A DNA stretch of 64,000 nt from Zygnema circumcarinatum SAG 698-1b (taxonomy: Eukaryota; Plantae; Zygnematophyceae): the NCBI GenBank assembly GCA_037447605.1, contig CM074810.1, positions 2,762,880 through 2,826,879 of the forward strand, read 5' to 3'. The position numbers were made by a program, and so were the translations under genes. Positions 28,787-39,950 of this stretch are shown here, in pieces. Every line of letters begins with the position of its first letter. The first letter of the stretch is position 1. The notes beneath the pieces were generated by a model. That model ran no database searches and was not told the DNA's origin. It saw only the letters and a program-made list of their open reading frames with translations.

Positions 28787-30299
28787 CTGTGGAAAGGGGG
28801 AGTGGTGTGGGGAAGGGAATGAGAGAGGGAGAAGGGGAGGGAGAGGGGAGGAGGGGGAGGGGAGGAGGGGGGAAGGACGGGGAGGGGGAGGGGGCGGGGG
28901 AGGAGGAGGGGCAGGGGGAGGGGGAGGGGGAGGGGGAGGGAGAGGGAGGGGAGGGGAGGGGGAGGGGAGGGGAGGGGAGGGGAGGGGAGGGGGAGGGGGA
29001 GGGGAGGGAGGGGAGGGGAGGGGAGGGGGAGGGGAGGGGAGGGGAGGGAGGGGAGGGGAGGGGGAGGGAGGGGAGGGAGGAGGGAGGGGAGGAGAGGGAG
29101 GGGAGGGGAGGAGAGGAGGGAGTGAGAAAGGGAGAAGAAGCGGTGAAGGGAGGATGGGACAGGGGAGAGAGGGATAGAGGGAGATAGGGAGAAGAAACAG
29201 GAATGGAAAGACGAGGAGAGCAGGGAAAGAAGGGGAAATAGAGGCAACACGCAAGAAAGGGGAATGAGAAAGAGAGAAATGTAATGGATAATGCGACAGG
29301 TTACCAGAGGGGGAGAGAGACTGTGAGAGAGGCGAGGCGAGACGAGGATAGGTCGATCGTCACAGTACGAGGGGGGGAGCTTCGTAGCGCACGCATCGCG
29401 TCACGTATCGTCAGGGTATGTTACGTGACGAGACGTGACACCTGCGAGAAGCGGACATTTGCCGTACAAATTTCTGCTAAACGACGGCAAGGCATCCTCC
29501 GTGGGGGTTCCATGGAGCCGTTGATCGTCGTGTTCGACGCTTTCATGACATATATCAGGGACCGTTGTCCGACGTGGCTGCCACGTGTGCATTGAAGGAG
29601 AGTTCCACAAAACGTGGAGACTTGAAACAGGATTTGGCCAATCGTGTGTCGCCACGTTTCCACAAATATCCACGTGGATGCCATGGTGGCTCGCTGCCAT
29701 CGACCCGCCGTGACTGTCGTTTGGTGTGGGAACTCCCAGGATATTGGAATGCCATGTGGCAATCTCTGATTGGCTGTTGGTCAATATACTTGATTAGTAC
29801 TTTGGATTGCACGTTAGTAACAAAGTGGCACGTTTCGGAGTACTGTTTTTGGTTACAAAAAGCCGGTTAAGGTTTCGTGGTCAGTAATTTTGTCTGACAT
29901 GCCTTGACTTACTCCCAGACAAAGGGGAGGTCCCGGACAACTACAAAAATAGCATATTCGATGCATATGCGGACAAGGGAATCAAAATCTCGGTAAAGGT
30001 CCTTCCGGTGAAGGTTTTTGTGGCGCAGATTTTTCCTGTCCCGGTTCCGTACCGTATTCGTTAAAAACCCAGTTTGCTGGGAAAAACCCAGACCGGCTCC
30101 ATGTCGCAGTACGGTAGTCATTTTCGCCGTTCCGTTTTGTAAATTGTAAATCAAACTAGCGTCGGGTTTTTTGTACCCGTTTTTTCGGAACTAGATTCTC
30201 TGGATACTCGTTCCTTGTGACGAGTGTATGGAATTTTCGCATTCCCGTTAAACAGTTTTCTATGCTTGACAACTCTTATTCAGGCAGAACTGGACCATT

Positions 30300-30505
30300 C
30301 GTAACGGTAACGGTCACGTTAATGGTAACGCTAGCGGTAAAGGGATTAGTAACGGTAACGGCAACGATAACTGCTTCATCAACGACACCAAAAGCAATAA
30401 TAATAACGGTAACAATATCAGTAACGGTAGTAGTGACGGCAGTTTAAACGGTAACAATGACGGTAACTGTAACACTCACAAAGCGGTAACGGTAACTGTA
30501 ACGGG
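30300..30505 (+). repeat. Degenerate (GTAACG)n array
   Basis: Repeated gtaacg/gtaact/gcaacg units. Confidence 0.75.
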
Positions 30506-31244
30506 GAACCTTGCAACGTTAGGAGTCTCCATGCGAAAACGACGTTCTTGAGCCATTTTGTGCAACTACTGTACGGTAACGTTTCCATGTTCCTCATGCA
30601 ACTGGGTCTTTCCCGATCTATAAGGTTCAAGACCCGACCTCCGCGTGACAAGACAGGACTTCCACTCCCTTCAACTCGCAGTTCCAGTTACAATTTCAGT
30701 AACACCCCCAATTTTTTTCAATTTGTTGCCCCTTTTTTTCCAAAGTATTTTCTCCACTAGCACTCCTCCCCGTACGGCCATCCCATCCGCCGCGTCAGCA
30801 CGGGCCGACGATCGCACATGCGGCCACGTGTCGGCCGCCATCCCCAACAGTTGGTGGCGTGCTGACGTGGACTTTCTCCGCCAATCCGCGCACTGCGTGC
30901 CACTCGCGACCCGTCACAGTGCACCACGTGGCGCACTATCCACCCTCGCTGTCATTTCCACCCCTTGGGCCTCTGTGCAGCTCCCCTCGCCGCCTCCCTC
31001 CCTCTCCCTCTCCCTCCCTCTCCCACTCCCTCCCTCCCCCTCTCTCTCTCGCTCTCCCTCTCCCTCCCTTCGTTCTTCTTTCTCGCTCTCCCTCCCTCTC
31101 CCTCCTTTCCCGCCCCTCTCCCTCTCTCCCCTGCCTGCCCTTTCCCTGGAACCCAATTTTTTCCGTAAAGTTCCCTGCATTGTTCCATAATTCGCAACCA
31201 ATTCGCCCACACGAAGCCCCAGTTAGGGTTTCCTCCGCGCAGCC

Positions 31245-34200
31245 ATGGCGCTGCGCCTCCTCGTGGAGAGCCTCTTCCTCTCGTCCCTACGGCGGGCCCC
31301 ACCCTCCTCCCCGGTCGCCCTCGTGGCACGGGCCAGTGCGCTGGCGACAGCTGTCCCCGCGGAGCCGCCCAATGCGGGCAGGGGAGGGCTGTCGGCGGCG
31401 GCGGTGGCGGCTGAATCGACGGTAGAGAATGGGGCGCGCAATGACTGGACACGTGGCGAAATCCAGGCCGTCTACGACTCGCCGCTGATGGACCTGCTCT
31501 TCCATGGGGTATGGGAGGGAGGGAGGGAGGGAGGGAGGGAGGGAGGGAGGGAGGAGGCAGTGAGAGGGAGGGAGGGAGGGAGGAGGCAGTGGGAGGGGAG
31601 GGAGGGACAGGGAGGGAGGGAGGGAGTGAGAGAAGGTGGGAGAGGGTGTGGGGGAGGAGAGGATGAGGGAGAGAAAAATGTGAAGGGATGTAAAGAAATA
31701 AAGAAAGAAAGCAAAGGAGAAGGAGAAGGAGAATATCGAAAAGAAAGAAAAGAAAGGGAGGGAAGGAATTCGGAGGCAGCCAGTCAATTTTTTTTGAGAT
31801 GATTTTGAATTATAAAATTAGTTATTCTGATTTCTGTGTAAATAATGTGGCCTTTTGACTGAGCGGCTGTGTTACTGACATGGAACTGCCGCATTGCATA
31901 GTTAAACAGTAGCATAGAAACTGTCTGAATTATTGACAACTGGCAGACTCGATGCGCATAGGGACTAAAGCCAAATACATTTCTTTCTTTCTTTTTTTTC
32001 TTTAAAACATCTTTCCAGAATACGCGGCTTTGTTTTCTTTTCTTCGTAGGTGGTAAAGACAGTTTAATTTAAAGAAGTAGAAAGAAAACTGTCAGTCAGA
32101 AACATGCGACTCCAAAGGCCCTGACCCTTTTTTTGACAATTTTAATTTTGGAGTGCGCACGGGCAAAAACTGGACGCTTTACATGCTTCGAAACTTCTGA
32201 GATCTATCTTTATTTACTTGTAGACAAAATGCACGGCCTTTAGGCACTCGACCGATGGATAGAAAAAAGAAAACAATCCTGCACCATGACCCTGAACCTC
32301 ATCCCCTGAACGCTCAAACCCTAAAACCCTCGAACTCTAACTCCCAACCCCTGAACACTTCAATTCCCATCCCTACCCCCATTACCTCCTTACTCTCCTA
32401 TCCTACACCATACACCCCTGCACTCCTACATCGTACACCCTGAACCCTAAAGCTTAAACACTAAACCCTACACCCTACACCCTACACCCTAAACCCTAAC
32501 CCTACACCCTAACCCTAAACCCTACACCCTGCACTGTACACCGTTAACCCTAAATCTTAAACCCTAAATCCTACATCCCAAACTCTAACCCTAAACCCTA
32601 CACCCTGCTCTTTACACACTAATCCCTAATTCCCTAACCCTAACCCTAAACCTAAACCCTAACCCTAAACCCTAAACCCTACACCCTACACTCCAAACCT
32701 TAAAATCTAAACCCGAAAACCCGAAACCCGAAACCCGAAACCCGAAACCCGAAACCCGAAACCCGAAACCCTAAACCCTACACTCTACACCCTACACCCT
32801 CCACCCTAAACCCTACACCCTCCACCCTAAACCCTAACCCTCCACCCTAAACCCTAACCCTCCACCCTAAACCCTACACCCTCCACCCTCCACCCTAAAC
32901 CCTAACTCTGAACCCTAAACCCTAAACCCTAACCCTAACCCTAATTTCCGGGGGGGGGGGGGGCAGGCGCGGGTGCACCGCGCGAAGCATCGGTTCCGCG
33001 AGGTGCAGCGGTGCACGCTGCTGTCCGTGAAGACGGGCGGCTGTACGGAGGACTGCTCGTACTGCCCGCAGTCCTCCAAGTACGCCACGCCCGTCGCGGC
33101 CTCCAAGATGCTCGCGGACGACACCATTCTAGAGGCAGCGAAAAAGGTAATACACATATATATATTTTTTTTTTGGAAAATTTTGGTGGCTTGCGATTTG
33201 CTTTGCACGGATAAGGATGATGTCCGTCTCCTTCGTTTTTTTTTGGGGGGGGGGGTTCTGTTCAACAAAGTTGGGGTAAGGTTGTTGTGTGTGTAAGCTT
33301 TATTTATTTTTTTATTTATTTGTTTATGTGATGTTGAATGCAGGCGAAGGAGGCAGGAAGCACTCGTTTCTGTATGGGAGCCGCGTGGCGGGACACTTTG
33401 GGCCGCAAAACTCAATTTCAGCGAATCTTGAACAATGTGACTGCCATTCGGTGGGTACTTTCTTAACCGTTTTTTCAAAGAATTAATAAATATGACTCGA
33501 CATATTGGAAATTCATGAAGTGGGTTTTGTGAGAAATTCAGCAAGTCCTTTATCTCTTTTTCCGAGAATTGTATTGCAGATCAATGGGTAGTTAGCTCCA
33601 GCATAAAGTATCATCCTTACATTCAATATCTCTACAATTTCCCAATTCTGAAAAATGGGTTTTGCGAAGCTATTCCAAACACGCTTATCGATACCTTAAT
33701 CTCCTTTTTCGGGTTTTGCGTTTTGTGGAAAATTTGGCAAAAATATAGAGCTATGGGTATGGAGGTTTGCTGCACTCTGGGAATGCTGGAGGAGCAGCAG
33801 GCCAAGCAACTGAAAGCCGCAGGACTGACTGCATATAACCACAATTTGGACACTTCGCGCGAATTCTATCCTTCAATTATCACAACAAGGTCCTATGATG
33901 AAAGGCTCCAAACGCTCGAACATGTTCGGAATGCAGGTCTCTCCGTCTGCAGCGGTGAGTCGACCCCCCTTTACAGACACCTCATGCAATGTATACATCA
34001 TAGAATATCGTATATACTATGTAGAATACTATCTATGCATCATTTGCATTTGTATGCGATGGAATTTGTACATTGCATATGTCATCTATCACATGTCATA
34101 TACCGTACAATGAACAGACTGAATCTCTTCTTCAACAGATTGGATTATTTGCTGAAGATTGAGCTCTTCATCCTCAAAAACGCACAAAATGTAGCCTTTC

Positions 34201-34802
34201 ATGTAGCCTTAGCCTCTTTACAATGACCCATATCATGCAAGCTGCAGATACCTACAATGCATACATACATTCATGCATGCATTTATGTACTAATCCTCCA
34301 ACTACCCCCTTTCATGAAAACGACAGGTGGCATCATCGGATTGGGCGAAGCCGAGGAAGACCGAGTGGGCCTCCTCCACACTCTCTCCACTCTTCCGGAA
34401 CATCCGGAAAGTGTTCCCATCAACGCCCTACTGGCTGTGAAGGGAACTCCTCTTGAGAAACAGGAGCCTGTCAAGTGGTGGGAGATGGTACGGATGATTG
34501 GTACGGCCCGAATAGTGATGCCCGGAGCCATGGTACGACTCAGCGCGGGAAGGGTCCATCTCTCGCAGGCGGAGCAGGCTCTCTGCTTTATGGCGGGTGC
34601 GAATTCGATCTTTACAGGAGAGAAACTTCTGACTACGCCGAACAATGATGAAGATTCGGACACTGAGATGTTTGAGAGGCTAGGGTTGGTGGCGAAGCCG
34701 CCCTCGTTCGGGGCGGGAGGGAGTACGACGGAGGTGGGAGAGAGGGAGGAGTGGGTGGGAGAGGAGGAGAAGGGGGAGGAGGTGAAGATGGCGGCGCAGT
34801 GA
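31245..34802 (+). CDS. BIO2: Biotin synthase (radical SAM), mitochondrial-type; exons 31245-31508, 32967-33146, 33344-33450, 33749-33954, 34327-34802 (410 aa)
   Basis: [40 protein letters not shown] (CxxxCxxC), [66 protein letters not shown]. The N-terminus is Arg/Ser/Ala-rich like a presequence. All introns are GT-AG and in phase. Confidence 0.97.
32435..32945 (+). repeat. Degenerate telomere-like array (CCCTAAA/CCCTAA/CCCTACA/CCCGAAA/CCCTCCA) in BIO2 intron 1
   Basis: About 500 bp of heptamer/hexamer variants, including a run of about 8 AAACCCG units. Confidence 0.9.
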
Positions 34803-35518
34803 GAGGGAGAGGGAGGAGAAGGAGCAGGGTGAAGGAAAAGGAAGAGGAGAGATGGAGACGGGAGAGAAAGGAGAGAGGGAGAGAGGGGGATGGGGTGAAG
34901 AGACCAAGACGGAGTGTGGACGAGGGGAGGAAGGATGAACAGAGCAAGTAGATAAAGAGCGGAAGTGAGAGAGGCAGAGCGGGAGGGAGGGAGGTTGAGA
35001 GGTGGATAAGGGTATAAGATATGTGAGCAGCCGCTTCACTTGTTCAGTTGTAGGATTCTGATTTGGAGTTCCAGAACGAACTATTCTTCTATTCTTTTGT
35101 AGAATTAGAAATTTCTGAATGCGGTTCGCGACTGCCGGTGTCCTCTGTGTTGGCGATGTGGCGGGATGAGAAACTCACATGGACGATTTTTGAGAACTCA
35201 CTTCGATTGGTCCAAATTTTACATAGACCCCTTGAAAGAGTGAAGTCCCTACCTGAGCGCATTTATCGTTTTGATTGACTTAGTTAGTGAGAGTGCTAAA
35301 CTAGTGCTAATAGACAAGTAATATGGGCCACACAAATTGTTTGTCCAAACAAATGTACTTGGATATATTTTTTTGCAAAGATGTGTAAACTGAAAATTTT
35401 GAAAAGAAAATATATTCTCGCTTGCCTATACTTTTTGACGAAGTGAACGGTGTCAACGATTCTTGGGCCGGCACTCCATCGAGACTGACGGCATCGGAAC
35501 GTGGCATCGGAGCGTGCT

Positions 35519-35925
35519 ATGCCATGTCACGCCATGCCATGCCATGCCATGCCATGCCACGCCATGCCACGCCATGCCAGGCCACGCCATGCCATGCCAT
35601 GCCACGCCATGCCGTGCCATGCCATGCCACGCCACGCCATGCCATGCCATGCCATGCCATGCCACGCCATGCCGTGCCATGCCATGCCACGCCACGCCAT
35701 GCCATGCCATGCCACGCCATGCCATGCCATGCCACGCCATGCCATGCCATGCCACGCCATGCCATGCCATGCCATGCCATGCCATGCAACGCCATGCCGT
35801 GCCATGCCATGCCACGCCACGCCATGCCATGCCATGCCACGCCACGCCATGCCATGCCATGCCACGCCATGCCGTGCCATGCCATGCCACGCCATGCCGT
35901 GCCATGCCATGCCACGCCATGTCAC
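35519..35925 (+). repeat. (GCCAT/GCCAC)n pentanucleotide satellite, ~400 bp
   Basis: Continuous 5-bp periodicity with GCCAC and GCCGT variants. Confidence 0.95.
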
Positions 35926-35986
35926 CTCCCTCCCTCCGCCACACGGCCCGTCATCGACTTTTGAGGGCCGCTGCCGCGTCGCGGAG

Positions 35987-36052
35987 CGTGACGTGACGTG
36001 ACGTGACGTGACGTGACGTGACGTGACGTGACGTGACGTGACGTGACGTGAC
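35987..36052 (+). repeat. (GTGAC)n pentanucleotide, ~13 units
   Basis: Perfect cgtgacgtgac run. Confidence 0.95.
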
Positions 36053-36401
36053 CAGAACCAGAACCAGAAAGCGCGCATGCCGAGGGGGCGGGCCGCGGGA
36101 CCGTTCCATGTCCATGCGCTAGTTACAGTTTATCCGAAAATCAATATTTCACGCTGGAGGAAGCATGTGACGCGAGGGCACGGACCGTGCAAATATTTGG
36201 CCCGCGCAGGAGATTCCGCACGTGCCCCTCTCCGCTCCAAGAGCAGGCGAGCCGCGAGGCAGAGAGCGAGGGAGGGAGGGAAGGACGGAAGAGCGGTCCC
36301 GCACTGCTCAACAGGAGAGAGGAGAGGCGCGCCGCTGCGAGGAGGAGCAGGAGGGCAGCGCAGAGGCGGGGTGTCAGCGGTCGCAGGTGGACGCGGTCAT
36401 C

Positions 36402-36932
36402 ATGAACCGCCTTAGCGATAGCCGTTATGGAGATTCCTCGTCGTACAGGAACCGAAAGAGATAAGTGGCTGTTGCGAATTCGCTATCCTCGACGTTGAAT
36501 TCTTGTTTGTTTACAGATTAAGAAGCGAGAGGGAGGTGGAAGAGGGTTTGGTCTCATAGCCCGTTTTGGGAGTCTTAGGCTGATAGTGCTGAGCAGGGCA
36601 TCGATGGTTTTGTCTGGGCAGTGATTTTGGAAGTAGCGGATATAGCGGAGGTAGTTTTGGTGGAAGTGGAGGGTATGGTGGCGGTGGGGGGGGGATATGG
36701 CGGTGGAGGAGGAGGTGGCCGGTCACGTCGAGATCTGGATAACATCCAGTTGGCGCCGGAAAACTTTGATAACATTCCTTCGTTTGAAAAGAACACGTTT
36801 ATGGTGAGCATCCTGCAATTACTGCAATGACGGAGGATGATGTTGCGGATCATCGACGAAGGAAGGCGATTACTGTCGAAGGCCGAAACGTACCTAAGCC
36901 CGTCCGCACTTTTGAGGAGGCCTCCTTTCCAG
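36402..36932 (+). pseudogene. 5' fragment of a DBP2/RH20-like DEAD-box RNA helicase (two decayed exons)
   Basis: MNRLSDSRYGDSSSYRNRKR, a Gly/Tyr-rich segment, RDLDNIQLAPENFDNIPSFEKN then (frameshift) YGEHPAITAMTEDDVADHRRRKAITVEGRNVPKPVRTFEEASFP, matching the DDX5/DBP2 N-terminus from memory. The exon-1 donor reads ataagt instead of gtaagt; there are frameshifts and stops; no helicase-core exons were found downstream. Confidence 0.82.
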
Positions 36933-37156
36933 GTTTGATTCTGCATGCTCTATCGGCTATTTTGCAGAGAAATTACAGTCCAAGAGTTTGAATTGGAGAG
37001 TGGAATTTGTTCTCTGGCGTAACTTTCCCACCTTCTAAGACTTGGACTGGTCAATCACTCGACCCAGCTAGCGGCTCTGCCTGCCCTCGAACAGAAGCAG
37101 TTGGAGGAGGTGGGGCTGTTTTGTGTGCAAATAAATAATTCACACCTTCTAAGGAG

Positions 37157-37245
37157 TTAGGGTTAGGGTTAGGGTTAGGGTTAGGGTTAGGGTTAGGGTT
37201 AGAGTTAGGGCTAGGGCTAGGGTTAGGATTAGGATTAGGGTTAGG
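37157..37245 (+). repeat. Interstitial telomeric repeat (TTAGGG)n, ~15 units (first 7 perfect)
   Basis: ttaggg x7, then ttagag/ctaggg/ttagga variants. Confidence 0.92.
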
Positions 37246-38138
37246 AACTTAGCAGAGGTGGCCTTTAGGATTTGAAGCAGTTTCTAGTATTGTGAAGGAG
37301 TGTTCACAAACTGTTTATGTTCACACCGCTCTTCTCTGCATTTATGTTGAAGCATGGATGGCTTGGAGACTGAGAAAGCAATGCCGGTTTTCCGCGTCGG
37401 TTTGTTTCTTTGGTTTCTTTTTTAAATGACTCGTATTATACTTTTTCCCTTTCCTCTGGTTGAAGGCTTTTAGGGTTTTCGTCAAAGCTCAATAAGCATG
37501 GAGCGGGGCGAGAAAGTGATTAATTCAAACATCTACAGTGAGATTTACGGGCACTGGTCGACACCGCAGGTATTGTTTTGAAAAACTTCTTAAAGCGTAA
37601 AATTTACTAGGAAGATTTCACTCATACATATTTGACTTTAACTATTGGCTAAAAGCATATCTGCTTTCCAAAAAGCTCATTACCCATCTCCTCACCCACT
37701 GTCCCCCTCCCTTTTTTGGTTTTTTACTGCTTTTTTCAGAACACGAATTTCCCACCAGCCCTTCAAGCTGCACAACCTCCTCGGGCAGCTCCCCAAAATT
37801 TTTACCCTCCACCTCCTCCCTCCAGCCATCCATCATTGGAGCGTCCTTTGTTTTCTCATCTACCCGCATTTCAACCCTCTAAAAGGCTCTTGCAAATGTC
37901 CGCCACGAGGCTGAGGCCGGCGGAGTTCCATGGAGCCAACCTGCACAGTTTCAGTTTGGAGCGAACGGAGCAGCTTGGCACGGACCACCAGGTGGACCTC
38001 CCCCAGAATGGCTGGCAGGGATTGGGCCTCCCCCAGTTCTACCTCCACCGCGAGGGCCTTCATTTCACAGAACACTGCCTGTGAGAGGCTCTCACTGAGA
38101 GCTTCAACTTTTGGCCCGCCTCCTGCCAGCTGGCCTCC

Positions 38139-38628
38139 GCCAGGTGGACCTATGCCAGGTGGGCCTATTCTGACTAGCCCTAGGCCAGGTGGACCTATGC
38201 CAGGTGGGCCTATGCCAGGTGGGCCTATGCCAGGTGGGCCTATTCTGAATAGCCCTAGGCCAGGTGGACGTATGCCAGGTGGACCTATTCTGAATAGCCC
38301 AGGCCAGGTGGACCTATGCCAGGTGGGCCTATTCTGACTAGCCCTAGGCCAGGTGGACCTATGCCAGGTGGGCCTATGCCAGGTGGGCCTATGCCAGGTG
38401 GGCCTATTCTGAATAGCCCTAGGCCAGGTGGACGTATGCCAGGTGGACCTATTCTGAATAGCCCAGGCCAGGTGGACCTATGCCAGGTGGGCCTATTCTG
38501 AATAGCCTATGCCAGGTGGACCTATGCCAGGTTGGGCCTTTGCCAGGTGGGCCTATTCTGAATAGCCCTAGGGCAGGTGGACCTATGTCAGGTGGACCTA
38601 CGCCGGGTGGATCCGCACCAGGTGGTCC
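38139..38628 (+). repeat. 15-bp VNTR (GCCAGGTGGRCCTAT; PGGPM in frame) with a 164-bp higher-order duplication
   Basis: 38141-38304 is repeated at 38305-38468; tctgaatagccc(t)ag units are interspersed. Confidence 0.9.
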
Positions 38629-39040
38629 TTTTGTGGGGCTACCTTCAGAAGCTGGACACTTGGCAGCATCCAGTTGGCCGACTGATCCAAGCGGTACTGT
38701 ACCGGTTCCGGTTTTGGAAATCAAGGAGTTCCTTCTCCTCACTTGAATCATTCGAGCAATCTTTCCGTCCCGTATTACGGATACGGAGACGGTAACAACT
38801 GGGGTTCTATGCACACGTTTTACGGAGGGCCAACGGCCGACAGGGAAACGTTCTACGGCCAATCTTACGGATTTCAATATAGAACACCTCCCGTGATGCA
38901 AAGTAGCATCAACCCTTGTTTTGCAGACAATGGCGAAGGGTTCAAGGGAGGGAATGTGGAACCTCATTTTTTGAAAACCTCACTTCTTCCTCATAATTTT
39001 TTTACCCTTAATTTTTTTGTTTTTTGATTTTTAATTCCAG

Positions 39041-39211
39041 ATTGAAGACTGCGATCAGCCGACGCTGCGATACCTGGCGGAGTTTGATGACGGGGTGGAT
39101 CTGGAACGGTACGATTTCAAATCCGACGGTATGTGTGCGCTGCTGAGTGATCCAATCGCCAAGCGCCACCTGGCGTACCGATATCGGCATTTGGAAGCTC
39201 TATACATGGAA
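39041..39211 (+). other. Unidentified putative coding exon (57 codons, phase 0-0)
   Basis: T-rich tract + ttccag acceptor and gtgagt donor; open frame IEDCDQPTLRYLAEFDDGVDLERYDFKSDGMCALLSDPIAKRHLAYRYRHLEALYME; family not recognised. Confidence 0.5.
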
Positions 39212-39534
39212 GTGAGTCTCTCCATCGATGTTCCAAACGTTACTGAGAGAGAGGGATGGGGAGGGGGAGGGGAAGGGGGAGGGGCAAGGGGAGGGAGAGG
39301 GGGAGGGGAGAGGGGGAAGGGGGAAGGGGGCAAAGGAAGGGGGCAAAGGAAGGGGGCAAAGGAAGGGGGAAAGGAAGGGGGAAATGGGTTTTCATTTTTT
39401 AATGTCGCTATTGTTGTTTGCCTTGGCAAGCGAGAGGTTGCATTGTAGTGAGAAGTCGACCATTTTTTTGTGCTTTGGAGATATTGCAAGAGATAATCAA
39501 AAAATTTGGAGTTTATTTGTCACATGTGATGAAT

Positions 39535-39937
39535 ATTCTTAAAGATGTATGTGTCAGCGCAGCAATTTTAGAGTCCCTTCTGAGGTGGTGAGATTCAGCA
39601 ATTAGTTGTGGGTCAGCATTTTTACAAGTCAGCATTTTTTAAGGCTTTATTTTCCCTTGTGCAAGCATTCAAGAACACTAAGGCAAAATGCATTGCAATG
39701 TCATTTACTGTTATATTAAAAATGTGCTTCAAGATAAGACACAATATAGCAATAAATGATATTACAATATTGATACATGCATTTTGCCTTGGTGTTCCTG
39801 AACGCTTGCACGAGGGAGGATAAAGCCTGAAGAATGCTGATTTGTAAATGCTGATTCGCAACTAGTTGTTGAATCTCATCGTCTCATAGGGGACTTTGAA
39901 ATTGTTGCGTTGACATTTCACATGCATCTTCAAGAAT
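39535..39937. mobile_element. Foldback/MITE-like element, ~400 bp, with ~170-bp imperfect terminal inverted arms
   Basis: The left arm attcttaaagatg...gagattcagcaattagttg...aaggcaaaatgcat pairs with the right arm atgcattttgcctt...caactagttgttgaatctc...catcttcaagaat. No TSD seen. Confidence 0.78.
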
Positions 39938-39950
39938 TGGTTCCTCACAG

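Noticed and set aside
35422-36078. Long ORFs in all six frames (MPCHA/AWHGM repeats)
   Set aside because: They are products of the (GCCAT)n satellite, with no splice or codon evidence.
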